From an uncultured Candidatus Saccharibacteria bacterium (GTDB taxonomy: Bacteria; Patescibacteriota; UBA1384; DTJR01): 64,000 nucleotides of DNA. The notes under the pieces were generated by a model. The model ran no database searches. It had not been told where the DNA came from and worked only from the letters and a program-made list of their open reading frames with translations. Positions 24,883 to 34,400 of the stretch are shown in pieces (position 1 is the stretch's first letter; every line of letters starts with the position of its first letter). Both the position numbers and the translations under genes were made by a program. Location: the NCBI GenBank assembly GCA_964580065.1, contig CAZOJE010000001.1, forward strand, positions 23,717-87,716, read 5' to 3'.

Positions 24883-26159
24883 CGATTTCTAATCACCTCG
24901 GCATAGATCGGACACTTTTCCATTACATAACAGCGACGCTTGAGTGTTTCCGCAGCAATCAAGGTGCTTCCAGATCCGCCGAAGGGTTCGATAATAAGGT
25001 CATCTCTTTTGGTGAGAACCTTGATGTACGGAATGAGGATTTCAACAGGTTTTGTGCCGAAAATAATCGCTTGCCCCGTACTTTTCTCATCGCCAGCTTT
25101 CGATTCAATCACATCGGTGGGACAATACTGCTTGCCTTTTTCATATCCTTCCCACTGAGCATCGCCCGATGTGGCAAACAGTGCCGTCTGATACTCATTT
25201 TGCAGCAGCTCTTCTTCGGGTTCAAGATTCAACTGTTTACCGGGCGTTGTACCAACTACTGCGATGTCATATTTAGAGAAGAATTTGTGCTTAGCGGAAT
25301 ATCCTTGATTTCTATTTGGAATTTTCCAAATAATCATATTGCGGATAGTCCAAAATTTTTCCATCGCTCCCCATAGCTCACGGACATTTTTCCAGTTCTC
25401 AAAGGCAATGATATTGAAGTTTTCATTTTGGACCTTGGCAACGTTGGCCGTCCAGAGTTCAATGAAATCAGGCGGAAGCTCGTCAGTACCAATATATTTT
25501 CTGTTTTTCTTGGCTCCGAACCCGTCTGTCGGTTTGCCGTGACGCTTTCCCTGGAGGTAATTGAGAACATATGGCTCATCAGTGAAACACATGTCGGCTT
25601 TCTCGCCATTCATTAGCTTGATAATGTCATCTTCTACCATGCTGTTTCCGCACATCAACCTGTTTTTGCCGAGGATGTATGTATCTCCCGGTTCAATTTC
25701 TATCTTTGAAATCTTGAGCTTTTCAAGTTCACGATTTACGTCGAATTGTTCTGGCTCTGTTTCGATATCAAAGATATCGTCAAGTTCTTCCGAATCAAAT
25801 CCGACATCAGCTAGAAATCTTTCGTCAAATTCGGCGAGAAGTTTGAAGTCAAATTCTCCCGTGTTGCGATTTAATCGCAAGTTGAGCTCTTTTTCTTTTT
25901 CGATGTCTGCGATATCGACATAGACAACAGGAACTTTTTCAATTCCAATTTCTTTGGCTGCGACAACTCTCATGTGCGCACCAATTATTATATTCTTGCG
26001 ATTTGGATTTGAGTTGACGATCGCTGGATCAACGAATCCAAATTTCTTGATACTTTCCTTCAGGTCAGAAAGTTGTTTATCATTCCATTTTCTTGGATTG
26101 TAATCGCTAGCGATCAAATCCTTAGTTGATACATATTCTATTTTGTGTGTGTTGTTCAT
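24831..26159 (-). CDS. ParB-like nuclease domain fused to an N6/N4 DNA methyltransferase (beta class)
   Basis: ParB N-terminus LIASDYNPRK...L..SI...GFVDPAIV. Methyltransferase motif IV-like FTDEPYV and motif I EPFGGSGSTLIAA, in beta-class order. Confidence 0.85.
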   Translation of the reverse strand: MNNTHKIEYVSTKDLIASDYNPRKWNDKQLSDLKESIKKFGFVDPAIVNSNPNRKNIIIGAHMRVVAAKEIGIEKVPVVYVDIADIEKEKELNLRLNRNTGEFDFKLLAEFDERFLADVGFDSEELDDIFDIETEPEQFDVNRELEKLKISKIEIEPGDTYILGKNRLMCGNSMVEDDIIKLMNGEKADMCFTDEPYVLNYLQGKRHGKPTDGFGAKKNRKYIGTDELPPDFIELWTANVAKVQNENFNIIAFENWKNVRELWGAMEKFWTIRNMIIWKIPNRNQGYSAKHKFFSKYDIAVVGTTPGKQLNLEPEEELLQNEYQTALFATSGDAQWEGYEKGKQYCPTDVIESKAGDEKSTGQAIIFGTKPVEILIPYIKVLTKRDDLIIEPFGGSGSTLIAAETLKRRCYVMEKCPIYAEVIRNRWEKFTGQKSELIKKAK

Positions 26160-26185
26160 AGATACTCCTTATTTTTTAGTTAATA

Positions 26186-26216
26186 ACAAAAAACCCACAC
26201 TTGATGGTGTGGTTTT
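26186..26216. terminator. bidirectional Rho-independent terminator (AAAAAACCCACAC-TTGATG-GTGTGGTTTTGT)
   Basis: Stem CCACAC/GTGTGG flanked by an A-run and a T-run. Confidence 0.6.
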
Positions 26217-26366
26217 GTAGGCTCGACCCTTAAATACAAAAACACACCTAACTCGCGATAACTAAATTCGCCTTTAGTTGTGCTTTTGCAGTTCTGGGGT
26301 TTCCTTACTGTGCAAAAACTATTTTCTTAATTTTCAATTTACATTCAAATAATACTCTACTACTGC

Positions 26367-26537
26367 TTACCGTTTTTTGTCAAGTTTTTGTTTGCTAATA
26401 TTCTCAATGGCCTTAGTAAATATCATATCGAATGCTTGTTCGATGTTCCAGTCAGCCCTTGCTTTCTCTTCCGGACTTAAAGAGTCGTAAATATTTTCGT
26501 AAACGATTTCAAGTTTCTTCGGCTTTTTCTTTTTCAT
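26367..26537 (-). CDS. small basic hypothetical protein (56 aa, MKKKKPKKLEIVYENIYDSLSPEEKARADWNIEQAF...). It is not in the supplied ORF track.
   Basis: ATG..TAA ORF on the minus strand overlapping the upstream gene by about 29 nt. Protein-like composition. Confidence 0.25.
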   Translation of the reverse strand: MKKKKPKKLEIVYENIYDSLSPEEKARADWNIEQAFDMIFTKAIENISKQKLDKKR

Positions 26538-26769
26538 TTAAGTAGAATTTGATCGTTTTGCCTACAATCTCAATCTTGCCTTGATTCGTCAGTTCTTTGT
26601 AAGCATCCTGAAAAGTTATATTTTTTTCGACAATCATTTTGTTTAACATGTGATAAAGAGCGAGAGGAATTTCATATCCCTCAACTTTTAAAGCTTTATA
26701 CCACGAAGATGTAGTTTTATATTTGTCCATATCCATTTTTACATTATACACGTCTAGTATTTTATTCAA
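26509..26769 (-). CDS. hypothetical protein (prophage remnant)
   Basis: 86-aa ORF in the leftward gene string. Confidence 0.4.
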   Translation of the reverse strand: MNKILDVYNVKMDMDKYKTTSSWYKALKVEGYEIPLALYHMLNKMIVEKNITFQDAYKELTNQGKIEIVGKTIKFYLNEKEKAEET

Positions 26770-26796
26770 CCAAGGAGCTCAACGATATTGTTGTTC

Positions 26797-27315
26797 TTAG
26801 TTCGAGAAGGAAATACTAGAGAGAACCGTTTTAAGATCTCTGTCTATATTCCACCCTGAGAAATCATTGCTCAAAAAACTAATTTCATAGTATCCAGTAT
26901 TATCTGGAAGCTCATAAATGTAAGCATAGTAAAAAACTGCTGCGTCGCCATCGCCATACGCCAGAAATTTTTTATCACCAAAGATTGTGGTTATCAGATA
27001 CTCCTGTGGTAGTGGTCCGCCAGTTGTTTTAATATTTTCTTTATCAAAAGGTGAATCTTTGAATTCATAAGAAATACAATCATCAAGACCTTGCTTGTTT
27101 GGTTTAGAGCAAAGATATCTCGCCCCTTTAATTTCTTTGGAATCAACAAGGTGTTGTGGATATTTAAAGCTAATCAACTGATCAGAATAAGTTTTCCAAA
27201 AAAGTTGGGTATTTTGCGTCAATTCGAAATAAATAACATAAAGAAAAGCTATTGAGAGAATAATTATGCCGATAAATATAAACAGTGGTTGTTTTCTCAC
27301 ACTTCCATTATACAA
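26797..27315 (-). CDS. hypothetical membrane-anchored protein
   Basis: N-terminal TM helix LFIFIGIIILSIAFLYVIYF. Confidence 0.4.
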   Translation of the reverse strand: MYNGSVRKQPLFIFIGIIILSIAFLYVIYFELTQNTQLFWKTYSDQLISFKYPQHLVDSKEIKGARYLCSKPNKQGLDDCISYEFKDSPFDKENIKTTGGPLPQEYLITTIFGDKKFLAYGDGDAAVFYYAYIYELPDNTGYYEISFLSNDFSGWNIDRDLKTVLSSISFSN

Positions 27316-27356
27316 CTTTATTTGCCTGATTCTATTAAATCGCTTATGATTTACTT

Positions 27357-28412
27357 ATGGATCAAGAACAAGAAGGTAAAGTTAGTGAACAGCAGCAAAA
27401 ATGGAAGGCTCCGAAGTTTAAGCAAAGTCTTAAAATCAACCCCAAACTCCAGGTAGAAATTAAGCAGCAAGAAGAAAGACAAGAAGCAGCGGATCAGCTT
27501 AGGGCGGACGAGGTTCGTCGATCAATCGGACTACCAACAGTGGAAGCAGCACAGCCTCCAAAACCTAAGAGCCGACGGGACTTATTTGTCGAACAAATAG
27601 AGGAAGCGACACAAGCACCTGATAGTGCACAACGAATTGCACTGGCAAGGCAAGTAATATCAACAAGATTAGCTGAATTGAAGGATCATCAAATGGCGGT
27701 CGAGACCATACAGCCCGTATTTGGGACTATGAAAGGCGAAAAATTTAAATACGATGGTTTTATTGGAGAAACTACTAAGATTAAAAGAGGCGCCAGTGCG
27801 GAATTCCAGCTTGACGACGAGACGGCGTATTTAGATTTTGCCGACACCTTGCAAGAAGTAAGAGCTCAGATTGGAGATAAATCCATCGGAGATTATCTAC
27901 CTTATGCTGTCTTTAGACATATTGGAAAGTATTTTGGCAATTATGTTTCAAATAACCAAACCGAATCTTCAAATCAAGCATTTTATGCCGAACAGGCTGA
28001 TAAGATCGATCTAGGCGAAGCGGCAAAAACATCAATCAGTGATATGAAGGGAATGGGTATTGCGGTGTGTGCCGAAAAAGCAGCTTTGGCTCAAAACCTT
28101 TTCCAAATCGCTGGAATGGAATCGAAGCTGGTTTCGGGTGGCGTATCTGGCGGGCAAGAACAATCAGGCCTCGGGCATTATTATAATATTATCAGCTCCG
28201 AAAATGGGAGTTATCTGGTTGATGTGACAAATCCAGTGGTTTACAGTCGAGAAGGCCAAATGGTTAATTTTAACCCATCAATCTACCCGCTCACACAGGA
28301 TCAAATGGCTTCCCTGGAAGGCATAAAACCGATTGAGGTCACGCATACCGATTATGAAATAGGTGATGATAATTCTCTAACTCCGAGAGAAACAAAGCTT
28401 ACTTACTCTTAA
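27357..28412 (+). CDS. hypothetical protein; possible papain/transglutaminase-like Cys-His-Asp fold in the C-terminal half
   Basis: GIAVCAEKAALAQNLF ... GLGHYYNII ... LVDVTN has the spacing of a Cys/His/Asp triad. Weak. Confidence 0.4.
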   Translation: MDQEQEGKVSEQQQKWKAPKFKQSLKINPKLQVEIKQQEERQEAADQLRADEVRRSIGLPTVEAAQPPKPKSRRDLFVEQIEEATQAPDSAQRIALARQVISTRLAELKDHQMAVETIQPVFGTMKGEKFKYDGFIGETTKIKRGASAEFQLDDETAYLDFADTLQEVRAQIGDKSIGDYLPYAVFRHIGKYFGNYVSNNQTESSNQAFYAEQADKIDLGEAAKTSISDMKGMGIAVCAEKAALAQNLFQIAGMESKLVSGGVSGGQEQSGLGHYYNIISSENGSYLVDVTNPVVYSREGQMVNFNPSIYPLTQDQMASLEGIKPIEVTHTDYEIGDDNSLTPRETKLTYS

Positions 28413-28569
28413 TTCTGAATCTTTTTTTATACTGTAACATTGTGTAACATTTCGGATTGAAAAAATCGCCCCTATAAGGTATAGTGATTGAGGTATCAGT
28501 GCTAGACCGGAGTAGGGTACCATTTCTTATATAGTAAATTTTTCTTAAATTTTAACGGCAAGGAGAAGA

Positions 28570-29244
28570 ATGGGTGAATTTCTAACAGATCAGAGTCAAA
28601 GAGAGCTGTGGGAAAAACAGCATTTAGAGAGAGCGGAAGAACACGAGGAGCTTGAAGATACTCCAAATGAGTTTGGCAAAGAATGTGTACATCTTATTCC
28701 GGAAAATGGCATTGTTCTGGAAATCGGGGCGGCAAATGGCAGGGATGCAAGATACTTCGCAAAGGAAAAAGGGTGCAAAGTTGTTGCAACCGATTTTTCC
28801 GAAGTTGCTGCCGGCCATCTCAAGAGCGCAGCTACCAAGGATGGCACTGGCTCTCATGTTTATCCCGTAGTCGCAGATGTGAGAAACCTGCCCATAACTC
28901 AAAAAGAGAATTTCGATGCAGTATATGCTAGATCGTCGCTTCATCTAGATGATGAAGAATTAGACAGATTTTTGGATGAGGTTGCTGTAGTTCTGAAACC
29001 CGGCGGTTATTTAATGATAGAGGGGAAACCAAAAGAAGATCCAAAGATTTCACGAAGCGAAGAGGTTAAAGCAAACATGCACATGGATTATGACGGTCAT
29101 TTACGTCGTGCCTGGTCAGAGGAGGGAATTAAAAAAATCGTAGATAAATTAGGATTTGAGCTTGTTTCAATCAACCGCTCAACAGAAACATGGCATGGCG
29201 TCGAAACACATTTTATTAATTTTATAGCAAAAAAACATGAATAA
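28570..29244 (+). CDS. class I SAM-dependent methyltransferase
   Basis: Motif I VLEIGAANGRDARYFA. Acidic motif II VVATDFS. Confidence 0.8.
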   Translation: MGEFLTDQSQRELWEKQHLERAEEHEELEDTPNEFGKECVHLIPENGIVLEIGAANGRDARYFAKEKGCKVVATDFSEVAAGHLKSAATKDGTGSHVYPVVADVRNLPITQKENFDAVYARSSLHLDDEELDRFLDEVAVVLKPGGYLMIEGKPKEDPKISRSEEVKANMHMDYDGHLRRAWSEEGIKKIVDKLGFELVSINRSTETWHGVETHFINFIAKKHE

Positions 29245-29782
29245 TCTTGAATCAAGACCAATCATATCGGCAATATTATTAAAGTATGAAAACGGACAAG
29301 GTTTCGTTTATTTACAGGAACGATGGAAACCCAAAGTAAGTCCTACTTATTCGGGAATGCTGGAAATCCCTGCCGGTGGTATTGATGCATATGAGAATGT
29401 TTATGATGCACTCACAAGAGAGGTAGAGGAAGAGTGTGGCCTGAAGATCACTAAGATTATCGGCGATTATAAGAGTGAAATAATCCAGCCCAGAGAGAAA
29501 GACAAATCATTTGTATTCAAACCGTTCATTTGTCAACAAGTATTGGAAACAGACAATGGTTTGCCATGGATCGGTTTCGTATTTGTCTGCCTTACCGAAG
29601 GGGAGATAAAAATTAATCCAGACGAAGCGCGAAATCCTCAATGGGTTAGTCTGGATCAGTTGAAAGAAATGCTAGATAGAGATAAAACACAATTTTTCCC
29701 GCTCCAGTTGCCTGTCTTACAATATCTGTGCAAAAATATTGAATCGATATCTCAAGGACTCGGAGCCGACATAACAACCTGA
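29237..29782 (+). CDS. NUDIX hydrolase
   Basis: Nudix box GGIDAYENVYDALTREVEEECGL. Confidence 0.85.
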   Translation: MNNLESRPIISAILLKYENGQGFVYLQERWKPKVSPTYSGMLEIPAGGIDAYENVYDALTREVEEECGLKITKIIGDYKSEIIQPREKDKSFVFKPFICQQVLETDNGLPWIGFVFVCLTEGEIKINPDEARNPQWVSLDQLKEMLDRDKTQFFPLQLPVLQYLCKNIESISQGLGADITT

Positions 29783-30011
29783 ACTTGTCATTCAACCTAA
29801 AAGGGCTATGCGGGGTTTGCCCCGCAGAATATAACGGCGTGGGGTGTACCGTGAAAGTTTACTGAAGAGGTATATAGTGGTCAGCAAATTTTAAAACAAG
29901 AAAACTTGCGGAAGATTTTGAAAAGTATTTAAAAAGTTCATCAGGCTTTGCCTTTTGAAATAAAAGATTAATTTGACCCCACCCAGGAAGGTTGGAACTT
30001 TTTTCAAAAAT

Positions 30012-30043
30012 GAAAAGTCGGGCTGCAGTCCCGACTTTTTCAT
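30012..30043. terminator. bidirectional terminator (AAAAGTCGGGCTGCAGTCCCGACTTTTT) between convergent genes
   Basis: 10-bp stem with A-run and T-run flanks. Confidence 0.7.
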
Positions 30044-30045
30044 AC

Positions 30046-30576
30046 TTAACTACAAAACACGCCTCGCATTGGAGTGTCGCATTTCGGACATTTAGTTTGT
30101 GAGCAAGGAATCCCTCTGACGTGGGCAACTTTTTCGCCACAGTTTGGACAGGTGCACTCGGCGCTTCCGCCTGCTTTTCGTCCTAACGAATTTTGTCTTC
30201 TTCCTATCCCTCTACCGGCGCCCCTACCCATTCCTCGTCCGGTCATCGGACCTTGGCCTTGTGGCCCAGTTCCATCTAAATTTGGCATTATAATATCACC
30301 TCCCTTCAATTGAATACTTTTTCCAAATATTAAACTCGTAGCAACCTTTCTGTGTGCGCTATGCAAAACATTCAAATAAGTAATTCTGGCAATCCCCATT
30401 TTTTTTGATGCTGTTTCTTGGTCTAAATTTTCAATATCAGATAAACGCAAAGCTTCTACCTCGTCTAATGTCAGTACTTCCTCTTGCAGCTCGCGAAGTG
30501 GAATGCCCGCTGGTTTGAAATAGGTTATCTCGGGTATAAAACTTACAAATCTTTTTCTTTTTGGTCTGCCTCTCAT
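30046..30576 (-). CDS. DUF134 (sigma-70 region-4-like HTH) protein fused to a C-terminal DUF5320-like Gly/Cys-rich domain
   Basis: MRGRPKRKRFVSFIPEITYFKPAGIPLRELQEEVLTLDEVEALRLSDIENLDQETASKKMGIARITYLNVLHSAHRKVA is DUF134. MPNLDGTGPQGQGPMTGRGMGRG...CPNCG...CPKC is DUF5320-like. SD AAAGGAAAA sits before the internal ATG. The upstream 34 codons of the track ORF are probably not translated. Confidence 0.65.
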   Translation of the reverse strand: MRGRPKRKRFVSFIPEITYFKPAGIPLRELQEEVLTLDEVEALRLSDIENLDQETASKKMGIARITYLNVLHSAHRKVATSLIFGKSIQLKGGDIIMPNLDGTGPQGQGPMTGRGMGRGAGRGIGRRQNSLGRKAGGSAECTCPNCGEKVAHVRGIPCSQTKCPKCDTPMRGVFCS

Positions 30577-30824
30577 AATTTTCCTTTCGTGCAATACTAA
30601 TTTATAACATATGTCATAAATTATCAATAGTAAGCAGATTAGTAGGATAAGTTCTAATGCGATTTGTGGACGGAACACAAACCTAAACCTTTTTTAAAAT
30701 ATTGATCGCCGTTGCAAAAAACGACGAAAGAATTATTTCTTTACCGAGCCGTGGTATGCTTCAGACTAAAAATTAGCGTTTTGGGATTAGTTTCTGTGAT
30801 GGTAAAATAAAGATAAGGAGGATT

Positions 30825-31301
30825 ATGGGCGAAGAAAATATATTGGTCAAAAAAGGTATATCGATTGGAACGGTTGTTCTAATTATTGTACCTATCGCTA
30901 TTATTTTTGGCGGTGGCGTTTATGTTTATATGAATGATAAAGCAACAAAAGACAAAAATGATTTAAATTCCCAAATCAGTCAGCTGGAGAGTCAAGTTTC
31001 TGCCTTACGGACGACGGTAACTCCGGGTCCAGCTGGTACTGTTTCAGCTACTATTTCGACGACCGCGTCATCTACCTCGGCAGAGCTGACAAAAGACCAA
31101 GCGCTGGCAAAAGTTAAAGATTTGCCCGAAGTAAAAACTTATCTCGCGAAAAACAGTAAAAACGTCGCTGAATTTGATCATGAAGACGCGCCAACAAATT
31201 CTTGGGTGATACATGTTTTTTATAATGGTCCCGATTTAACAGCCACATTTAACTGGTATAGCGTAAATAAAGTAACAGGCGATATCACCAAGACTTTCTA
31301 A
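30825..31301 (+). CDS. membrane-anchored hypothetical protein
   Basis: TM helix ISIGTVVLIIVPIAIIFGGGVYVY followed by a coiled-coil and a Thr/Ser-rich linker. Confidence 0.5.
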   Translation: MGEENILVKKGISIGTVVLIIVPIAIIFGGGVYVYMNDKATKDKNDLNSQISQLESQVSALRTTVTPGPAGTVSATISTTASSTSAELTKDQALAKVKDLPEVKTYLAKNSKNVAEFDHEDAPTNSWVIHVFYNGPDLTATFNWYSVNKVTGDITKTF

Positions 31302-31430
31302 CAAAGGAAGAGTTCTTGGTGAAACGTTCCCTAGGATTTCTTTGTCAAAAGTATATTTGTTTTGATATAATAAAAACCAAAGAGCGATTGGAAATTTCGT
31401 TGAGATAATAATTTCAAGTAATGGATATCT

Positions 31431-34400
31431 ATGGCGAAATTTTATCTTAACAGAAATTTTAGCCAAGTTCTTAGTGTTTTTTTGGTGTGTCTCGTGGCAG
31501 CCGTTGTTGCTTTGTGGGCGATTCGAGGTACAAGGGCGGCAGATACTTTTACTTATTACGTGCGAACCGATGGGGCCGATACCAATGATGGCTTAAGTAA
31601 TAGTGCCGAAGGCGCTTTTAAGACAATTACCAAAGCTGCCGAGATAGTTAATGTCGGCGATACGGTTTTAGTTCAGGCGGGTACTTATGATGAGCAGGTG
31701 ACTCTTTCAAAATCAGGGACTGAATCAAGCCGGATTACTTTCGAGGGAGTTGGGGCGGTTATAATCGAAGGCGGCACACGAGTTAATGCGGTGGTAATTT
31801 CTGGTGCGTATAACACTTTCAAAAATATTGAAGTTCAACACGGCCAAACGGGAATTTCTGTTCAAAATGCTAATGTTACGATCGATGGCTGCCATATCCA
31901 TAACACTAGCTCTTCTTACTATGGTGCGATTTCGGGCGACAGCGCAACAATCGTTACAAACAGTGAGATAAACAACAATGTCAGAGTGGCTTTTTTTGAA
32001 AAATGGGCAGCTGTTTCCAATTGCAACATTCATGATAATACAGGCGGCCTTAGCTACCGACAATTATCAAGCTCGCCGAGAATAGAAATTAAGAATAATA
32101 TTTTCACTGACAACCAATGGACATTCAGCATTTATTCTGGCGATCAAAATAAAGATGTCCTATTTGAAGGCAATGAGTTTAATGGCGGCGGCGGATTTGA
32201 ATTTAGCAACGGTAAGATCACACTCATAGACAATTCTTTTCATGATATAAACGGCCCTGTTATAAATCTTGCCTATTACGGTACTCCTTCGGCGACAGAT
32301 GCTTTTATCGATCATAATCTTTTTGACAGCTGTAATCCGGTTCTAGCTATGTATAACGGAATTACTACGATGTTTAGTGATGACAATGTTTTTACTTCGG
32401 ACACGGTTATAAGCAATTGGCAATCACCGGAGGCGGCGGCTGGCAGCTGGACATCAGCTGAAGTTGGCACTCTGCCTGATTGGCAAACCAATTCCGGCCA
32501 GGATTCTAACAGCGTCATTGGCACCTCGCTATCCGACACAACCAAATCAACGGCTTACGTGACCAGTTGGACAGTTTCGCCCATACTGGATAGCAACGGC
32601 TTGAATATTAAATTTAGCGGCACAATGGCCAGCCGCGAAACTTTTACGGCTAAATTGCAATTTAGCGTCACAGATGAAAGCAATAATGTTTACACTGCCA
32701 CTGTCAATAATTTTAATTTGACTGCCGAAGAAAGTTCGAATTTTGATCAAAACGTGATAATTCCACAAATTACCGGCCAGGTGCTGTGCAAATTGGATAT
32801 TTTAGACGGTACCGATACGCGAGTTGGCGGCAAATTTAAATATTTAACTTCGCCCAGTGCTGTGGAGGTGGATTGGCTCAACCCCTCCTACCGCGCCAGC
32901 ATTTTTACCAGACAAACAGACAAAGAGGTAAGAGTAAAAGTTACTATTACCAGCGAAAATATTAATTTAAGCACTTGGTCTGTGCACGCCGGAATTCGGC
33001 TTAAGAATGAAGTTGACTGGCAACAGGAAAATATTTTTACCGCGGCGGCGGAATTGACGGTAAATTTACCGGGGGGTGGCTTGGCGATCGGTTCTTATGA
33101 ATTAGTCACTACTTTGTTGGATGATAGCAGCGTGAAAATCGATGAAACAATTATGGATCTCACGGTTTTGGCCCAGGCAGATAATGAGGTAAGAATCGAT
33201 GAAAACGGTACGATTTTAATTAACGAAGAGCCATTTTTTCCTATCTCAATTGACGGCGACACAAATCAAATTTCTGATTTTCTGTCTTTTGCCGATGCTG
33301 GCTTTAATGTGGCAAATCTTTACCGTTGGAATGGAGATAATAATTTTTGGAATGCCATTGATCAAACAGATTTAAAAATTTTATATATTGGCATTGTGGC
33401 AAATTTATTGACAGAAAGTCAATATACGACCGAGCAAAAACTTGAGTTTTTAAATTCAGCCGCAGATACCATCAATAGTCTTAAAAATCACACTTCTTTT
33501 CTTGGCTATCTTTGGGGTGAGGAATTGGTCTGGAAAAATGAATTAGTTAGTTTATATCAACAAAACGCTGTCCTGGATCCATATCATCCGGTAGCCATGA
33601 ACGGATCTTTTTCCGGTGCGAATTCACTTTACTATATTGCGGATATTATGATGAATCACCTTTATCCTTATCCTAAATATTCAGATAATGCGGCGCAAGT
33701 GGCAGCCAAAATTGGGAATATTGGCGATATTTCTGATGCGAATATTGCCGTCAGCAATGGTGAAGATATCGATGCCAGCTTCCCTGGCTTGCATTTGGCG
33801 GTAGGCAAGAAACCGTGGTGGATTTGGCCGCAATATTTTTATGGTGGTAATTGGGTCTCTGGCGGCGGCGGCCGTTTTTTGACTTTGACAGAAATGCGCG
33901 ATTATATCTGGACGGAAATTGCTCGCGGCGCCAAAGGTGTCCATTTTTGGGCTTATTTTCACGATTACACTAATCCTAGAATGAATCCAAAGCTGTGGGA
34001 AAGTGTTAGGGCAATTGCCGGAGAGGTCAGGTCATTGGAAAAAGTTTTGGTGCAAACCGATGCAGCGAATGTTGTGTCGGCAGATTCCACAACTGATTTA
34101 AGCATGAAGGTAAAAGAATATCAGGGAAATAAATATATTTTTGCGACTTATAACGGATCAACCGCTAAAAAAATTAAATTTTACTTTTCCAGCGCACAAA
34201 GCGGTAATATCGCGGTTTGGTCGGAAAACCGTACGCTTTCTATCGCCGATAATGCTTTTGAAGATGATTTTGAACCAACCAGCGTACATATTTATACTAC
34301 GGCGGCAGCCGACAATAATGTCAAAATGAAAAGTTTGCTGGCCGATTCATATTTTGCCGATAGATTATCATATCAAGCCAAAGCCGGTAATTTTGCCTCA

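Larger units (their letters stand above)
22815..27315. mobile_element. cryptic prophage remnant (packaging module: ParB-fused methyltransferase, terminase small and large subunits, small hypotheticals)
   Basis: Leftward-transcribed run of phage-type genes with no portal or capsid genes following. Bounded by unrelated + strand genes on both sides. Confidence 0.45.

Noticed and set aside
29859-30140. 93-aa minus-strand ORF spanning the convergent terminator
   Set aside because: It runs through a strong bidirectional terminator hairpin and overlaps the DUF134 gene end. Likely spurious.
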